A DNA stretch of 64,000 nt from positions 177,979-241,978 of IMG/VR virus record IMGVR_UViG_3300012952_003952; one strand, given 5' to 3'. The notes under the pieces were generated by a model that had not been told where the DNA came from, made no database searches, and saw only the letters and a program-made list of their open reading frames with translations. Both the position numbers and the translations under genes were made by a program. Below, in pieces: positions 9,723 through 18,859 of this stretch. Source of the DNA: a virus. Its lineage: Duplodnaviria > Caudoviricetes. How positions within the stretch are numbered: the stretch's first letter is position 1; each line of letters begins with the position of its first letter.

Positions 9723-9757
9723 TTTGTAAATCTAGCGAAAGAGGATATTATTACTAC

Positions 9758-10606
9758 ATGAATTCGAAATACAAAAATTTAAATCAAGCCTTTGTAGAAG
9801 AGTTAGTCGATTGCCACAAGAACGGCGTAGAAGTTGAATCTCGTGGCTTCGTACAAAAAGAAAAACTTTTCTCTTCTTTTATAATTCAAGATCCCACCGA
9901 TTTGCGAATTGATGTCCCAGCTAGAAAGTTCAATGAAGACTATGCAATTTTAGAATGGCTTTGGTACCTAAACTCTGACTCTAGAATAAAGACTATCGGT
10001 AAATTTGCAGATATTTGGAACAAGATTGCAGATTCGCAAGGGGTCGTTGAGTCTAACTATGGCTCTTATTTAAAGCCGTGCTGGTATGACTTAGTAGATG
10101 AGCTTATATCTGATAGAGATACCCGTAGAGCAACTTGCGTAATTAATCAGCCATACCATAGGTTCAAAAACCCAAAAGACTATCCTTGTACGCACTATAT
10201 TCACTTTTTTATCAGAGAAGAAGCTCTTCACATGGGCGTATATATGCGGTCTAATGATGCAGTTTTTGGTTTTTGTAACGACGTTTTCACCTTTGCGTTG
10301 TTTCAACAGCTTATGCTAAATGAACTAAACGCTCGCGGTGGTAAACTTTCATTAGGAACATACTACCACTCGGCTGGAAGCTTTCACGTATACGATAGAC
10401 ATTATTCTATGATGGAAAAGATAGCTGAAAATTATTTTGTGAAAGCTAGAAGAAATGGGTATCCAACCGACTTAAAGAAAATAGTGCTAGATCCCAATTT
10501 AACCTGGCCGAAAATGGAAAACTACACGTCTTTTTTCAATGAAGACTTAGACAAAGAAGAAGTTTTAAATACAATTAAAAAGACTAAGGAAATTATATTC
10601 AAATGA
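9758..10606 (+). CDS. Thymidylate synthase homologue of dCMP hydroxymethylase/methylase type
   Basis: DTRRA, catalytic YPCT, MRSNDAVFGFCND with Asp at the position of the TS Asn (T4 gp42-like), AGSFHVY. Confidence 0.85.
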   Translation: MNSKYKNLNQAFVEELVDCHKNGVEVESRGFVQKEKLFSSFIIQDPTDLRIDVPARKFNEDYAILEWLWYLNSDSRIKTIGKFADIWNKIADSQGVVESNYGSYLKPCWYDLVDELISDRDTRRATCVINQPYHRFKNPKDYPCTHYIHFFIREEALHMGVYMRSNDAVFGFCNDVFTFALFQQLMLNELNARGGKLSLGTYYHSAGSFHVYDRHYSMMEKIAENYFVKARRNGYPTDLKKIVLDPNLTWPKMENYTSFFNEDLDKEEVLNTIKKTKEIIFK

Positions 10607-10884
10607 ATATTCTAAAAAAAGCAAATGAGATAATCAATGAAAGATCTGAAGAAAAAGAGCGCCAATACGGCCCAATGGGTGAAGGCCTTGAAAGAGCTGC
10701 GATGATTGCTTCTGGAATAACGGGTAAAGATTTAACAGCAGACGATATTTTTGCATGCCTCATCGGCCTTAAATTTTCTAGACATTCGTATAACTACAAA
10801 GAAGATAATTTTCTAGATGCTGCTGCTTATTTGGGAGCGTGGAACAATTACCAACAGGAGAAATTAAAAAGTGAAGATAAGTAA
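10603..10884 (+). CDS. DUF6378-like small all-alpha protein (putative dNTP pyrophosphohydrolase)
   Basis: ILKKANEIINER..E..RQYG, IGLKFSR, DNFLDAAAYL. Confidence 0.65.
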   Translation: MNILKKANEIINERSEEKERQYGPMGEGLERAAMIASGITGKDLTADDIFACLIGLKFSRHSYNYKEDNFLDAAAYLGAWNNYQQEKLKSEDK

Positions 10885-11305
10885 AGTAAGGGCAGTTAAA
10901 ACACCGCAAAGGGGGACTCCAGAGTCAGCTGGAATTGATTTTTTCGTGCCAGAGGGAATGATAGCTAAATTATCGCCTGGAGACTCTTGCTTGATGCCAA
11001 GCGGAATCAAAGCCAATGTTCCATCTGGCCATGCATTAATAGCGTTTAATAAGAGTGGAGTAGCAGTTAAGAAATCTCTTCACGTTGGGGCATGCGTCGT
11101 AGACGAAGATTATCAGGGCGAAATTCACCTTAATTTAATCAATGTTGGCTCGAGCGTTGCAGAGATAAAATCTGGAGAAAAAATAGTCCAATTTATTTTA
11201 CTTCCTGTTTTTTATGACACAATTGAAGAAGTAGAATTGGAAAACCTTTACGAAGACGAAACTGTTCGAGGTGAAGGTGGTTTTGGTAGCACGGGAGTAG
11301 AATAG
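10871..11305 (+). CDS. dut: Trimeric dUTPase
   Basis: AGIDF, KSG, VVDEDYQGEI, QFILLP, RGEGGFGSTG. Confidence 0.95.
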   Translation: MKISKVRAVKTPQRGTPESAGIDFFVPEGMIAKLSPGDSCLMPSGIKANVPSGHALIAFNKSGVAVKKSLHVGACVVDEDYQGEIHLNLINVGSSVAEIKSGEKIVQFILLPVFYDTIEEVELENLYEDETVRGEGGFGSTGVE

Positions 11306-12375
11306 TGGATTATTTTGTAGATTATGAAATTCCTAAAAACTTTAAGATAGGGATCGACGGACTAGAGAGAAACATTCCGGCTAGAAAACACAGCCACAAT
11401 GCTGCCTGGGTTCATCTCTACAAAAATATGCTACAATCTGCTGGCTGGAGTGATGTACACGTCTTAGGCAATCATGACACTTACGAAGGTTATGATGCTA
11501 TGATATTTTATCCAGGAATTGCTTACGCTGGAACGATTAACTTCTTTTTTGGAGTTGACGACAATGTAGTTAGAAGGTTCTCCAGAATTCAAGATTTTGA
11601 AGGTCCGACTTTTATTTTAAATCATGAAATGCCGCTCATTGGAGCGACGATCAGCAAAAGACTGCACAATAAATCGACAAGCTCGAAAATTGGAAATCTT
11701 AAACTGAGCTTATTAGATGATATTTGCAAATCTACTCGCAGAATAGATTATGTTGAAAGATCAACAAAGCTTTGCTTTGGAGACAGTCATTGTTTTTCTG
11801 CTTATCTTCCAGGGTATTCTGTTTGCCGAAATGACGGGCTCACTCTTTTTTCTACGCTTCGCGATGGAGTAAAAGAGACCATTGAAGAAAAATATGGAGC
11901 TTCTGTTGAAAATTTGACTCATCTTACTTTTTATATGGGCAATATTGATATAAGGCACCACTTGATGCGCCAAGAAAATCCATATGAAAAAATCCACGCT
12001 ATGACTATCGAGCTTTCACACCAGCTTAAAAAACTTGATATACCAAACATTGAACTAGTTCACGCACTGCCTATCGAAAATATTTCTAGAAAACTTCCTA
12101 AAACTGGATATTATAAGAAGACTCCATATTTCGGAACTTGGGAAGAAAGAACAAAATTAGTCAATACATTCAATGCCGCTGTAGATAGAATTTGTATAGA
12201 AAACAAATGGAATTCTTTCCACTGGCCAGCTAAATTTTTAAATGATTCTGGTGAATTAGACTTTGAATATATGGAGCGCCCTAAAAGCGTACACTTAAGC
12301 CCGCTTTCTTATAGGTGGGACCTTTTTGAAAATCAATTAAATTTATTGCATAGTAATCAAAACAACGGAGAATAA
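11305..12375 (+). CDS. Putative DNA-modification protein: BGT-like N-terminal region plus SGNH-hydrolase-like C-terminal domain
   Basis: YDAMIF...TINFFFG resembles T4 beta-glucosyltransferase YDRLIV..SINFFGG; FGDSH, MGNID, SVHL resemble SGNH blocks I, III, V. Confidence 0.45.
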   Translation: MDYFVDYEIPKNFKIGIDGLERNIPARKHSHNAAWVHLYKNMLQSAGWSDVHVLGNHDTYEGYDAMIFYPGIAYAGTINFFFGVDDNVVRRFSRIQDFEGPTFILNHEMPLIGATISKRLHNKSTSSKIGNLKLSLLDDICKSTRRIDYVERSTKLCFGDSHCFSAYLPGYSVCRNDGLTLFSTLRDGVKETIEEKYGASVENLTHLTFYMGNIDIRHHLMRQENPYEKIHAMTIELSHQLKKLDIPNIELVHALPIENISRKLPKTGYYKKTPYFGTWEERTKLVNTFNAAVDRICIENKWNSFHWPAKFLNDSGELDFEYMERPKSVHLSPLSYRWDLFENQLNLLHSNQNNGE

Positions 12376-12376
12376 T

Positions 12377-13567
12377 ATGCCAAAAAACAAGTCAATTAGA
12401 GTTGCAATCGTCGGAGTCGGAAATTGTGCTAATTCCTTTTACCAGGGCTTAACGTATTATGCGGGGTACACCGCTGGACAAGAGCGCGATGGAGTGATGA
12501 AGAGCCGAATCGGAGGATATTCGGTAGCTGATCTCGAGGTTGTAGCAGCATTCGACGTTGATAAACGAAAAGTTGGAAAGTGTTTTAGAGAAGCTATGCT
12601 AGCCAAACCAAACTGTACTCCAAGCTATGAGGCAAATGTTCCTGACGGTCCCGTAGTTCAAATGGGCCCAATCATGGACGGTGTTCCAAATTTGATGGCT
12701 AATTATTCTGATGAAGAAGCGTTTAGAACTGCTGATTTAGAACCAGTAGATGTGGCTCAAGTGTTATTAGACCGCAAAGTGGATATTCTTATCAACTATC
12801 TTCCTGTTGGTTCTCAGAAGGCCACCGAGTGGTATGCAGAACAGTGCCTTAAGACTGGAGTTTCTCTTCTTAACTGTATTCCAGTTTTTATTGCTTCTAA
12901 TCCAGTTTGGGAGCAAAAGTTTATTGATGCTGGAATTCCACTCGTTGGCGATGACATGAAATCTCAATTTGGGGCCTCTATTATGTCTCAAATGCTTCAA
13001 GAACTAGCTTTTGCTCGAGGTCTAAATGTTAAAGCTCACATTCAGCGAAATGTCGGTGGCAATACTGATTTCTTGAACATGGTAGATCAATCTCGGCTGA
13101 AATACAAGAAAGTTTCAAAGGAGAATGTAATTCGATCTCAACACGTAATTCGTGGTGTAGACCCCGAAGAATCTTTCCTCCATGCTGGGCCGTCTGAATA
13201 TATTCGCTACTATGGAGATAACAAGGTCGCAAACTTCCGAATTGAAATGGAGGGATTCCTTGGTGCCCCAGTTATTTTAGACGCGCAGCTTTCTGTAATT
13301 GACTCTCCTAACTCTGGAGGCGTTGTAATCGACGCCGCTCGGTATCTAAAAGTCGCCAGAGAGATGGGCATTGTAGGGGCTCTCAGAGGTCCGTCTGCTT
13401 TTACTCAGAAGACTCCGCCTCAACAGCTTATGTTTAGTGAAACTCTTTATGAATGCGACGCTCTTTCTGATAGGAGGCTCACTCGATTTACTAAGCGCCA
13501 AACAGAAAAATACAGCGCTGAAGAGCTTTACCTATCGTGTCCAGCAGGAAACAAGGAAGTAGATTAA
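12377..13567 (+). CDS. ino1: Inositol-3-phosphate (myo-inositol-1-phosphate) synthase
   Basis: AIVGVGNCA, INYLPVGSQKA, GDDMKSQFGA, NVGGNTDFLNM, GPSEY, DSPNSGGVVIDAAR. Confidence 0.95.
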   Translation: MPKNKSIRVAIVGVGNCANSFYQGLTYYAGYTAGQERDGVMKSRIGGYSVADLEVVAAFDVDKRKVGKCFREAMLAKPNCTPSYEANVPDGPVVQMGPIMDGVPNLMANYSDEEAFRTADLEPVDVAQVLLDRKVDILINYLPVGSQKATEWYAEQCLKTGVSLLNCIPVFIASNPVWEQKFIDAGIPLVGDDMKSQFGASIMSQMLQELAFARGLNVKAHIQRNVGGNTDFLNMVDQSRLKYKKVSKENVIRSQHVIRGVDPEESFLHAGPSEYIRYYGDNKVANFRIEMEGFLGAPVILDAQLSVIDSPNSGGVVIDAARYLKVAREMGIVGALRGPSAFTQKTPPQQLMFSETLYECDALSDRRLTRFTKRQTEKYSAEELYLSCPAGNKEVD

Positions 13568-14283
13568 TGGCTAAATTGCATGAGCAAAAAGGAAAACTTT
13601 TTAATCCAGACTCTGAAGATTTTGAAGAGTGTGTAATAAAGTTTAACGGAAGGAATGGGTTTTGGTACAGACCAGGCACTTTTGATTTAAATTCTATAAG
13701 AGAGTGCAGAGACAATTATAGCGATATTGACACTTGCGGGAAAACAGTTTTAGATTTAGGAGCCAACATTGGAGGATTTTCAAGAATGGCTCTAGAAAAA
13801 GGAGCTAAAAAAGTAATAGCTTTAGAGCCATGCCCTCATAATTTTCAAATTTTAGAGATCAATGCCCCAAATGCAGAATGTCTAAATGCTGCAGTTTGCG
13901 AAAGCAAGGTAAAAGAAGTAGTTTTTCATTATGCTGGATCTAAAAGAAACTCAGTGTCGTCTTCTACTCTTAAAAGAAGAAATGCTTCTGGAGTATCTAT
14001 TGCAGTACCAGGATTATCATTTTCAAGTCTTTTAGAAAAATATAGGCCAGAAATATTAAAAATAGACATTGAAGGTAAAGAGTACGACATTTTAGATTCT
14101 ATTAAAGAAATTCCAGATTTCGTAGAAATAGTAGGGATTGAGTTTCACAATACTCGTAAGCCATACTCAGAATATCCAGTTAAATTTTTCCCAGAGTCCA
14201 CTTGGAAGAAAGTAGAACACCCTATTTTGATGTTCGGACAGAAAAAAGTTTTAGATTACACTTTTTATAGAAAGTATGCATAG
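13567..14283 (+). CDS. FkbM-family SAM-dependent methyltransferase
   Basis: VLDLGANIGGFS, VIALEP, LKIDIEGKE; TAATG overlap with ino1 stop. Confidence 0.85.
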   Translation: MAKLHEQKGKLFNPDSEDFEECVIKFNGRNGFWYRPGTFDLNSIRECRDNYSDIDTCGKTVLDLGANIGGFSRMALEKGAKKVIALEPCPHNFQILEINAPNAECLNAAVCESKVKEVVFHYAGSKRNSVSSSTLKRRNASGVSIAVPGLSFSSLLEKYRPEILKIDIEGKEYDILDSIKEIPDFVEIVGIEFHNTRKPYSEYPVKFFPESTWKKVEHPILMFGQKKVLDYTFYRKYA

Positions 14284-14292
14284 GAAATATTA

Positions 14293-14709
14293 ATGAAAGT
14301 AAATGGTTTTGATATTGATGGAGTTATCCATCTTGGAGACGGAGTCTGCGGCATTCGCCCGGGCCCTGGAGATGTTATCATCACAGGACGAAGCTTTGAA
14401 GAAGAAGCTGAGACTCTAGCTTTTCTTCGGCGCAATGGAATTAATAACCCAGTTTTTTTTAACCAGTGCCATTATGAGGAAAAATCTCGAACAGGGTCAG
14501 GAAATCATAAGGCGGAAACTATTAAGCTTCTCCACAGAGCTGGCTTAAGCGTTCAATATTTTTTTGAAGATGATGAAGTTCAAAAAGCTGAAATTGAAAG
14601 AGGCATCGAAGAAGTCTCAACTTGGGGAATCGGAACTAAAGTTATTCACGTCAACAATCCTCATGTTAAGAAAGAAAATAGACGTCATTTAGAGGATTTA
14701 AATGAGTAA
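14293..14709 (+). CDS. Capless HAD-family phosphatase
   Basis: FDIDGVI, ITGRS, HKAETI, FFEDD. Confidence 0.8.
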   Translation: MKVNGFDIDGVIHLGDGVCGIRPGPGDVIITGRSFEEEAETLAFLRRNGINNPVFFNQCHYEEKSRTGSGNHKAETIKLLHRAGLSVQYFFEDDEVQKAEIERGIEEVSTWGIGTKVIHVNNPHVKKENRRHLEDLNE

Positions 14710-16156
14710 TTCTGAACTTCTTAAAATGAGGGATGAAGAACTCTTTGCAGAGATACCCACTTACAAAAAGCAAGATTTTGTCGACTTTATAAAAGAGCTT
14801 AACAGAAGAGAGTACTTAGTAAGATTTGCAAAGTCGTGTACTTTTGACTCTTTTGAGCATTTGCCTGGAACTGGATTTAAATACGGGAACGGCTTTATAG
14901 TAGACGGCAAATCAGTACCTTACTTCCACCCCAATCGTAGTTTTCATGATGAGATAATTTGGTTAAACGAGAACCTATTCTATAATCCCCAAGCTACGTT
15001 TGAAGATAAACTTATTAATGCGGCGATAGTGAAATTCTATGGGCCTTCTAATACCCTTAAACTAATTGCTGAGGGCACCGGCAAGAAATTCGTGGACTAC
15101 AAGAGGTTCGTGGGAGATCCTAAATACTTGAGGCAGGTTTGCGTCAATTTAGAAACAGCAGTTAAGAATAAAGAAAAGATTTATGGAACAACTGAGCTTA
15201 GGACAAGCTTACAAACAGCTGGTAGAAATTATGCTAGAAGCGTTGGTTCTCCAATTGATAAAATAGAATTAATTCCAGTTTCTGAAAGGAAATCTCGTAC
15301 GTGCCGTCCCTCTGATATTCTTTTTTGGTTTACTAAAATCGGCCCTGATTTTGTTAAATTTTATAAAACAACACCCAACATGGAAGAGTCTTTTAAGTTT
15401 TTAAATTCATTTCGAGGAATTGGAAATTATTATGGATACCATTTTAGTTGTAACCTTGCTCGAATGCCAGAAGTAGGAAATTTAATTTTTAAGGGAACTC
15501 CTGGAAAAATTGACGAAGACGACGAGTATGTAGTTCCTGGGGTTGGAGCAATGCAAGCGATTAATTGGTTTTATGAACACAGGGGACACTCAATTAATAC
15601 AAAAGTTGGAAAGAAATTAATCAATGCTATTCGACGTCACCAAAATAGTTTCTTTGACTTAAATAATGCTGATAATTCTAAATTCTATATGGAAAAAGTT
15701 TCTGAACTGGGATATTTTACTAATTTTGGATGTGAAATATCTTGCTGCCAGTTTGGAGTTTATCGTCGACTAAGAGAAGATAAAAAATTAGCTCTAAGGA
15801 GAGCAGCAGCGCCAATATCAAGAGAGGAAGTAAAAATGATTCTTACGCCCAAAACACTAATGCAAAAACTCGGTCTTTTATCTGAAGAAGATTCTAATGT
15901 TGAAAATAAAAATCAAAGTATTGAAAAAGATTCTTCACTAGATTTTTCTTCGACTAGCAAAGAAGACTTGATCCTTAACATCATTGATGAAGCTGGAGGT
16001 TCTTGTTCACATTCTTCAGTTGCTAAATTAATCGAAGAAAAAGGATACACTCAGTATAAGCAAAATGGTTCTTGGAAAGAGAGCTGGATGATAATGAGGC
16101 AACTTGTTGAAAAGGGGGCCTTAGTAAAAGACGGAAAATTTTATCGGAGGTCATAG
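14702..16156 (+). CDS. aGPT-Pplase1 / 5-hmdU DNA kinase helical-domain-like protein with C-terminal winged-helix-like tail
   Basis: YFHPNRSFHDEIIW, RGIGNYYGYHFSCNL, DEDDEYVVPGVGA, CEISCCQFGVYRR follow the family pattern (F.N..R..D...W; G.G.F..Y....DL; D.....GPGA; E...CE..KY.R). Confidence 0.7.
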   Translation: MSNSELLKMRDEELFAEIPTYKKQDFVDFIKELNRREYLVRFAKSCTFDSFEHLPGTGFKYGNGFIVDGKSVPYFHPNRSFHDEIIWLNENLFYNPQATFEDKLINAAIVKFYGPSNTLKLIAEGTGKKFVDYKRFVGDPKYLRQVCVNLETAVKNKEKIYGTTELRTSLQTAGRNYARSVGSPIDKIELIPVSERKSRTCRPSDILFWFTKIGPDFVKFYKTTPNMEESFKFLNSFRGIGNYYGYHFSCNLARMPEVGNLIFKGTPGKIDEDDEYVVPGVGAMQAINWFYEHRGHSINTKVGKKLINAIRRHQNSFFDLNNADNSKFYMEKVSELGYFTNFGCEISCCQFGVYRRLREDKKLALRRAAAPISREEVKMILTPKTLMQKLGLLSEEDSNVENKNQSIEKDSSLDFSSTSKEDLILNIIDEAGGSCSHSSVAKLIEEKGYTQYKQNGSWKESWMIMRQLVEKGALVKDGKFYRRS

Positions 16157-17334
16157 TGTCAGATATTAAGTGGGGAACAATTATTCCTCTTATTGGCGGA
16201 AGCGCTATAGGGTGCTCACAAGCTACTAAAAATAAACCAGAGTTTCATCTTAGCTACTCTGCTTTCGGCGCTAACGAAAAATATCTAACTGACTACTGGA
16301 AAGATGTTCCGAGAATAGTTTTAGATGAAGGTGGAAAAATACCAAACGAAAAAATTGATTTTATCAATTCTGTTTGTCCGTGCGCAGGCCTAAGCCAGCT
16401 TAATACTTCTAGAAGTAAAGATATGCGTGAATCTAAAAACTATTGGATGTACGAATCTGCACAGAGAATCTTAAGCGAACTACGCCCTAGAGTTTATTGG
16501 GGAGAAAATGCGCCCGGCCTTTTTACTAATTCAGGCGCGTACGTGCGTGATAAGCTTAAAGTTTTTGCTAAAGAAAACGGCTACACTTTTTCTCTTTACA
16601 AGACCGATACGCAAAGGCACGGTATTCCGCAACGCAGAGTAAGAACTTTTTACTTTTTCTGGAGAGACACTAACCCTCCTCTCTTGAGCTATTTTAATAA
16701 CCCTCCCATTCCATTCGCCGAGTACATAAGACAGATACCGCAATCTGCAACCCTTCAAGATCAATTTAACATCGAAGGGAAAATCTCTGAAAATTTTGAT
16801 TCTTATGCTTTTGTGTTACAATATCTTGGGTTGGCGCATGAAGAGTTCGTGAAGTCTAATGATTCTGGCTCTATTCACTCTATTTTTTCTTATCTATCAG
16901 AAAATAATCTTTTAGCCGAGTGTATTGAGTGGATTGAAAAAAGAAATATTGAAGAAACTGCAGAACACAGACGACTCAAAGCTATTTACAAAAAAGTTCA
17001 AGCGGGTGGAAGATTTATGGATGCTTCTCCTGGATATTATTACAACCGCACTAATGCAATCGTAGGAAGAACCTTGACCCATTTAGTACACCCCACTGAA
17101 GACAGAGGGATGTCTATTAGAGAGCTTCTTCATATGATGGGACTGCCCCATGATTTTGAAATGGGCGATAGAAAATCTCTAAATGTAATCGCTCAAAATG
17201 TTCCAACTTGTACAGCTAGAGATATGGCAAGTCAAGTTATAGAATACTTAAGAGGTGATTTACAAATTGCAGAAAACAGCTTTTTAATGCAAAATAACCT
17301 AAAAGAGGAGATTACATTATGCGAGCCCTTGTAA
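16156..17334 (+). CDS. C5-cytosine methyltransferase-fold protein with atypical motif I
   Basis: Motif IV VCPCAGLS, VI WGENAP, VIII PQRRVRTFY, IX/X RELLHMMGLP..F, QNVP; motif I is PLIGG; GTG start. Confidence 0.8.
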   Translation: MSDIKWGTIIPLIGGSAIGCSQATKNKPEFHLSYSAFGANEKYLTDYWKDVPRIVLDEGGKIPNEKIDFINSVCPCAGLSQLNTSRSKDMRESKNYWMYESAQRILSELRPRVYWGENAPGLFTNSGAYVRDKLKVFAKENGYTFSLYKTDTQRHGIPQRRVRTFYFFWRDTNPPLLSYFNNPPIPFAEYIRQIPQSATLQDQFNIEGKISENFDSYAFVLQYLGLAHEEFVKSNDSGSIHSIFSYLSENNLLAECIEWIEKRNIEETAEHRRLKAIYKKVQAGGRFMDASPGYYYNRTNAIVGRTLTHLVHPTEDRGMSIRELLHMMGLPHDFEMGDRKSLNVIAQNVPTCTARDMASQVIEYLRGDLQIAENSFLMQNNLKEEITLCEPL

Positions 17335-18305
17335 CTGGCGGATGCGGTTTTATCGGATCTTGTTTAACTAAAAAATTGGTAGATTTAGGCTGGGACGTAG
17401 AAATAGTAGATGATATGTCTAATGGAGATTATTCTTTTTTAGAAGAGTATTCTTTTCGTAGCGTCCCTGTTCAAATGGGACATATTTTCGAAAATCAAAA
17501 TTTGAAAAAAGATGACGTTATTACTGTTTTGGTAGGAGATTTTGTTAGCCAAGAAGTTGTTAGAAGGATTGTTGAAAAAAAATATGACGTAATTTTTCAC
17601 CTTGCAGCTAACCCAAGAGTAGAATACTCGGTGCAAAATCCGCTAGAGACTACAGACGAAAACCTTACAAAGACCATAAGGCTTTTTACTCATGCTGTGG
17701 GTAATGTCAAGAGAGTTGTTTTTTCTTCTAGTTGCTCAGTGTATGGAGACCCTTGGAGTCTTCCAACTACAGAAAGCCATGGAAAAAACCCTAACAGTCC
17801 TTATGCTCTTCAAAAGCAATGTGTTGAAGAATACGCTAAACTCTACTCAAAAATATATGATTTAGATGTAGCTTGCTTGAGGTACTTTAACGTATATGGT
17901 CCATTTCAGCATGGCGACTCTCCTTACTCTACTGCCATAGTTTCTTGGTGTGATAAAGTATCTAAGGGTTTGCCTCTTCGGAGTGATGGAGATGGCACTC
18001 AATCTAGAGACATGGTTTTTGTAGAAGATGTAGCGCGAGCTAATATTTTAGCTGCTACTAGAGAAGAAAATTTCAATGGAAAGTCTATAAACATAGGAAG
18101 CGGCGCTTCTTATACCAATAATCAGATTTTAGATATTTTTAAAAATCAATTTGGAAATTTAGAAATCACACATGCTCCAGAACGGCCTGGAGACGTAAAG
18201 CACACGCAAGCAGATGTTAAAGAAGCTAGATCTAAATTAGGCTTTACTACTGAATACAGCTTAGAAGAAGGGTTGAAAAAGACCTTTGCTTGGTGGGACT
18301 TATAA
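17319..18305 (+). CDS. NAD-dependent nucleotide-sugar epimerase/dehydratase (extended SDR)
   Basis: VTGGCGFIGS, HLAA, SSCSVYG, YALQK, LRYFNVYGP, RDMVFVEDVA. Confidence 0.92.
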   Translation: MRALVTGGCGFIGSCLTKKLVDLGWDVEIVDDMSNGDYSFLEEYSFRSVPVQMGHIFENQNLKKDDVITVLVGDFVSQEVVRRIVEKKYDVIFHLAANPRVEYSVQNPLETTDENLTKTIRLFTHAVGNVKRVVFSSSCSVYGDPWSLPTTESHGKNPNSPYALQKQCVEEYAKLYSKIYDLDVACLRYFNVYGPFQHGDSPYSTAIVSWCDKVSKGLPLRSDGDGTQSRDMVFVEDVARANILAATREENFNGKSINIGSGASYTNNQILDIFKNQFGNLEITHAPERPGDVKHTQADVKEARSKLGFTTEYSLEEGLKKTFAWWDL

Positions 18306-18859
18306 TGACAAACCCTCAATTCATTATTTTTACTGGACCGATGTTTGGAGGCAAGACCACGAGGCTATTGTCTGCTTTAGATAGATACGTTCACCAAAAG
18401 AAAGATGTTTTAGCTTTCAAGCCAGATATCGACAAAAGGTACGGGAAAGAGTCTATTAACACTCACACTGGCGGAAAGATTGATGCCATCAGAGTTGCGA
18501 CTGGTGAAGATATAGCACAATGCGTTCTAGAAAAAGCAGAAAATAAGTTGGTAGAAATCATTGCAGTAGATGAAGCTTTCATGATACCCGGCTCTGCTAA
18601 CGTGCTAATAAATCTTTTCAACAAAGGATTCACTATCTTGATATCTACTTTACAGCTATGTTCTGACGGTACGTCTTATAAAGAAATTAGAGAAATGATG
18701 CCTTGGGCTACTAAAATAGAAATCTGCCCTGCGGTTTGTACAGTGTGTGGATCCGATGCGTATTACACTTTTAAAAAAGGCGGAAATAGCCACCAGCAAA
18801 TTGAAGTTGGAGGAGCTGATTTATACGAGCCCCGCTGTTTAACTCACTTTGAATTTTGA
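18305..18859 (+). CDS. tdk: Thymidine kinase
   Basis: GPMFGGKTT, FKPDIDKRY, VDEAF, C..C Zn site, IEVGGADLYEPRC. Confidence 0.93.
   Translation: MTNPQFIIFTGPMFGGKTTRLLSALDRYVHQKKDVLAFKPDIDKRYGKESINTHTGGKIDAIRVATGEDIAQCVLEKAENKLVEIIAVDEAFMIPGSANVLINLFNKGFTILISTLQLCSDGTSYKEIREMMPWATKIEICPAVCTVCGSDAYYTFKKGGNSHQQIEVGGADLYEPRCLTHFEF

Noticed and set aside
9758-10606. Ordinary thyA or dUMP hydroxymethylase
   Set aside because: Asp rather than Asn at the specificity position; kept as dCMP-type pending assay.
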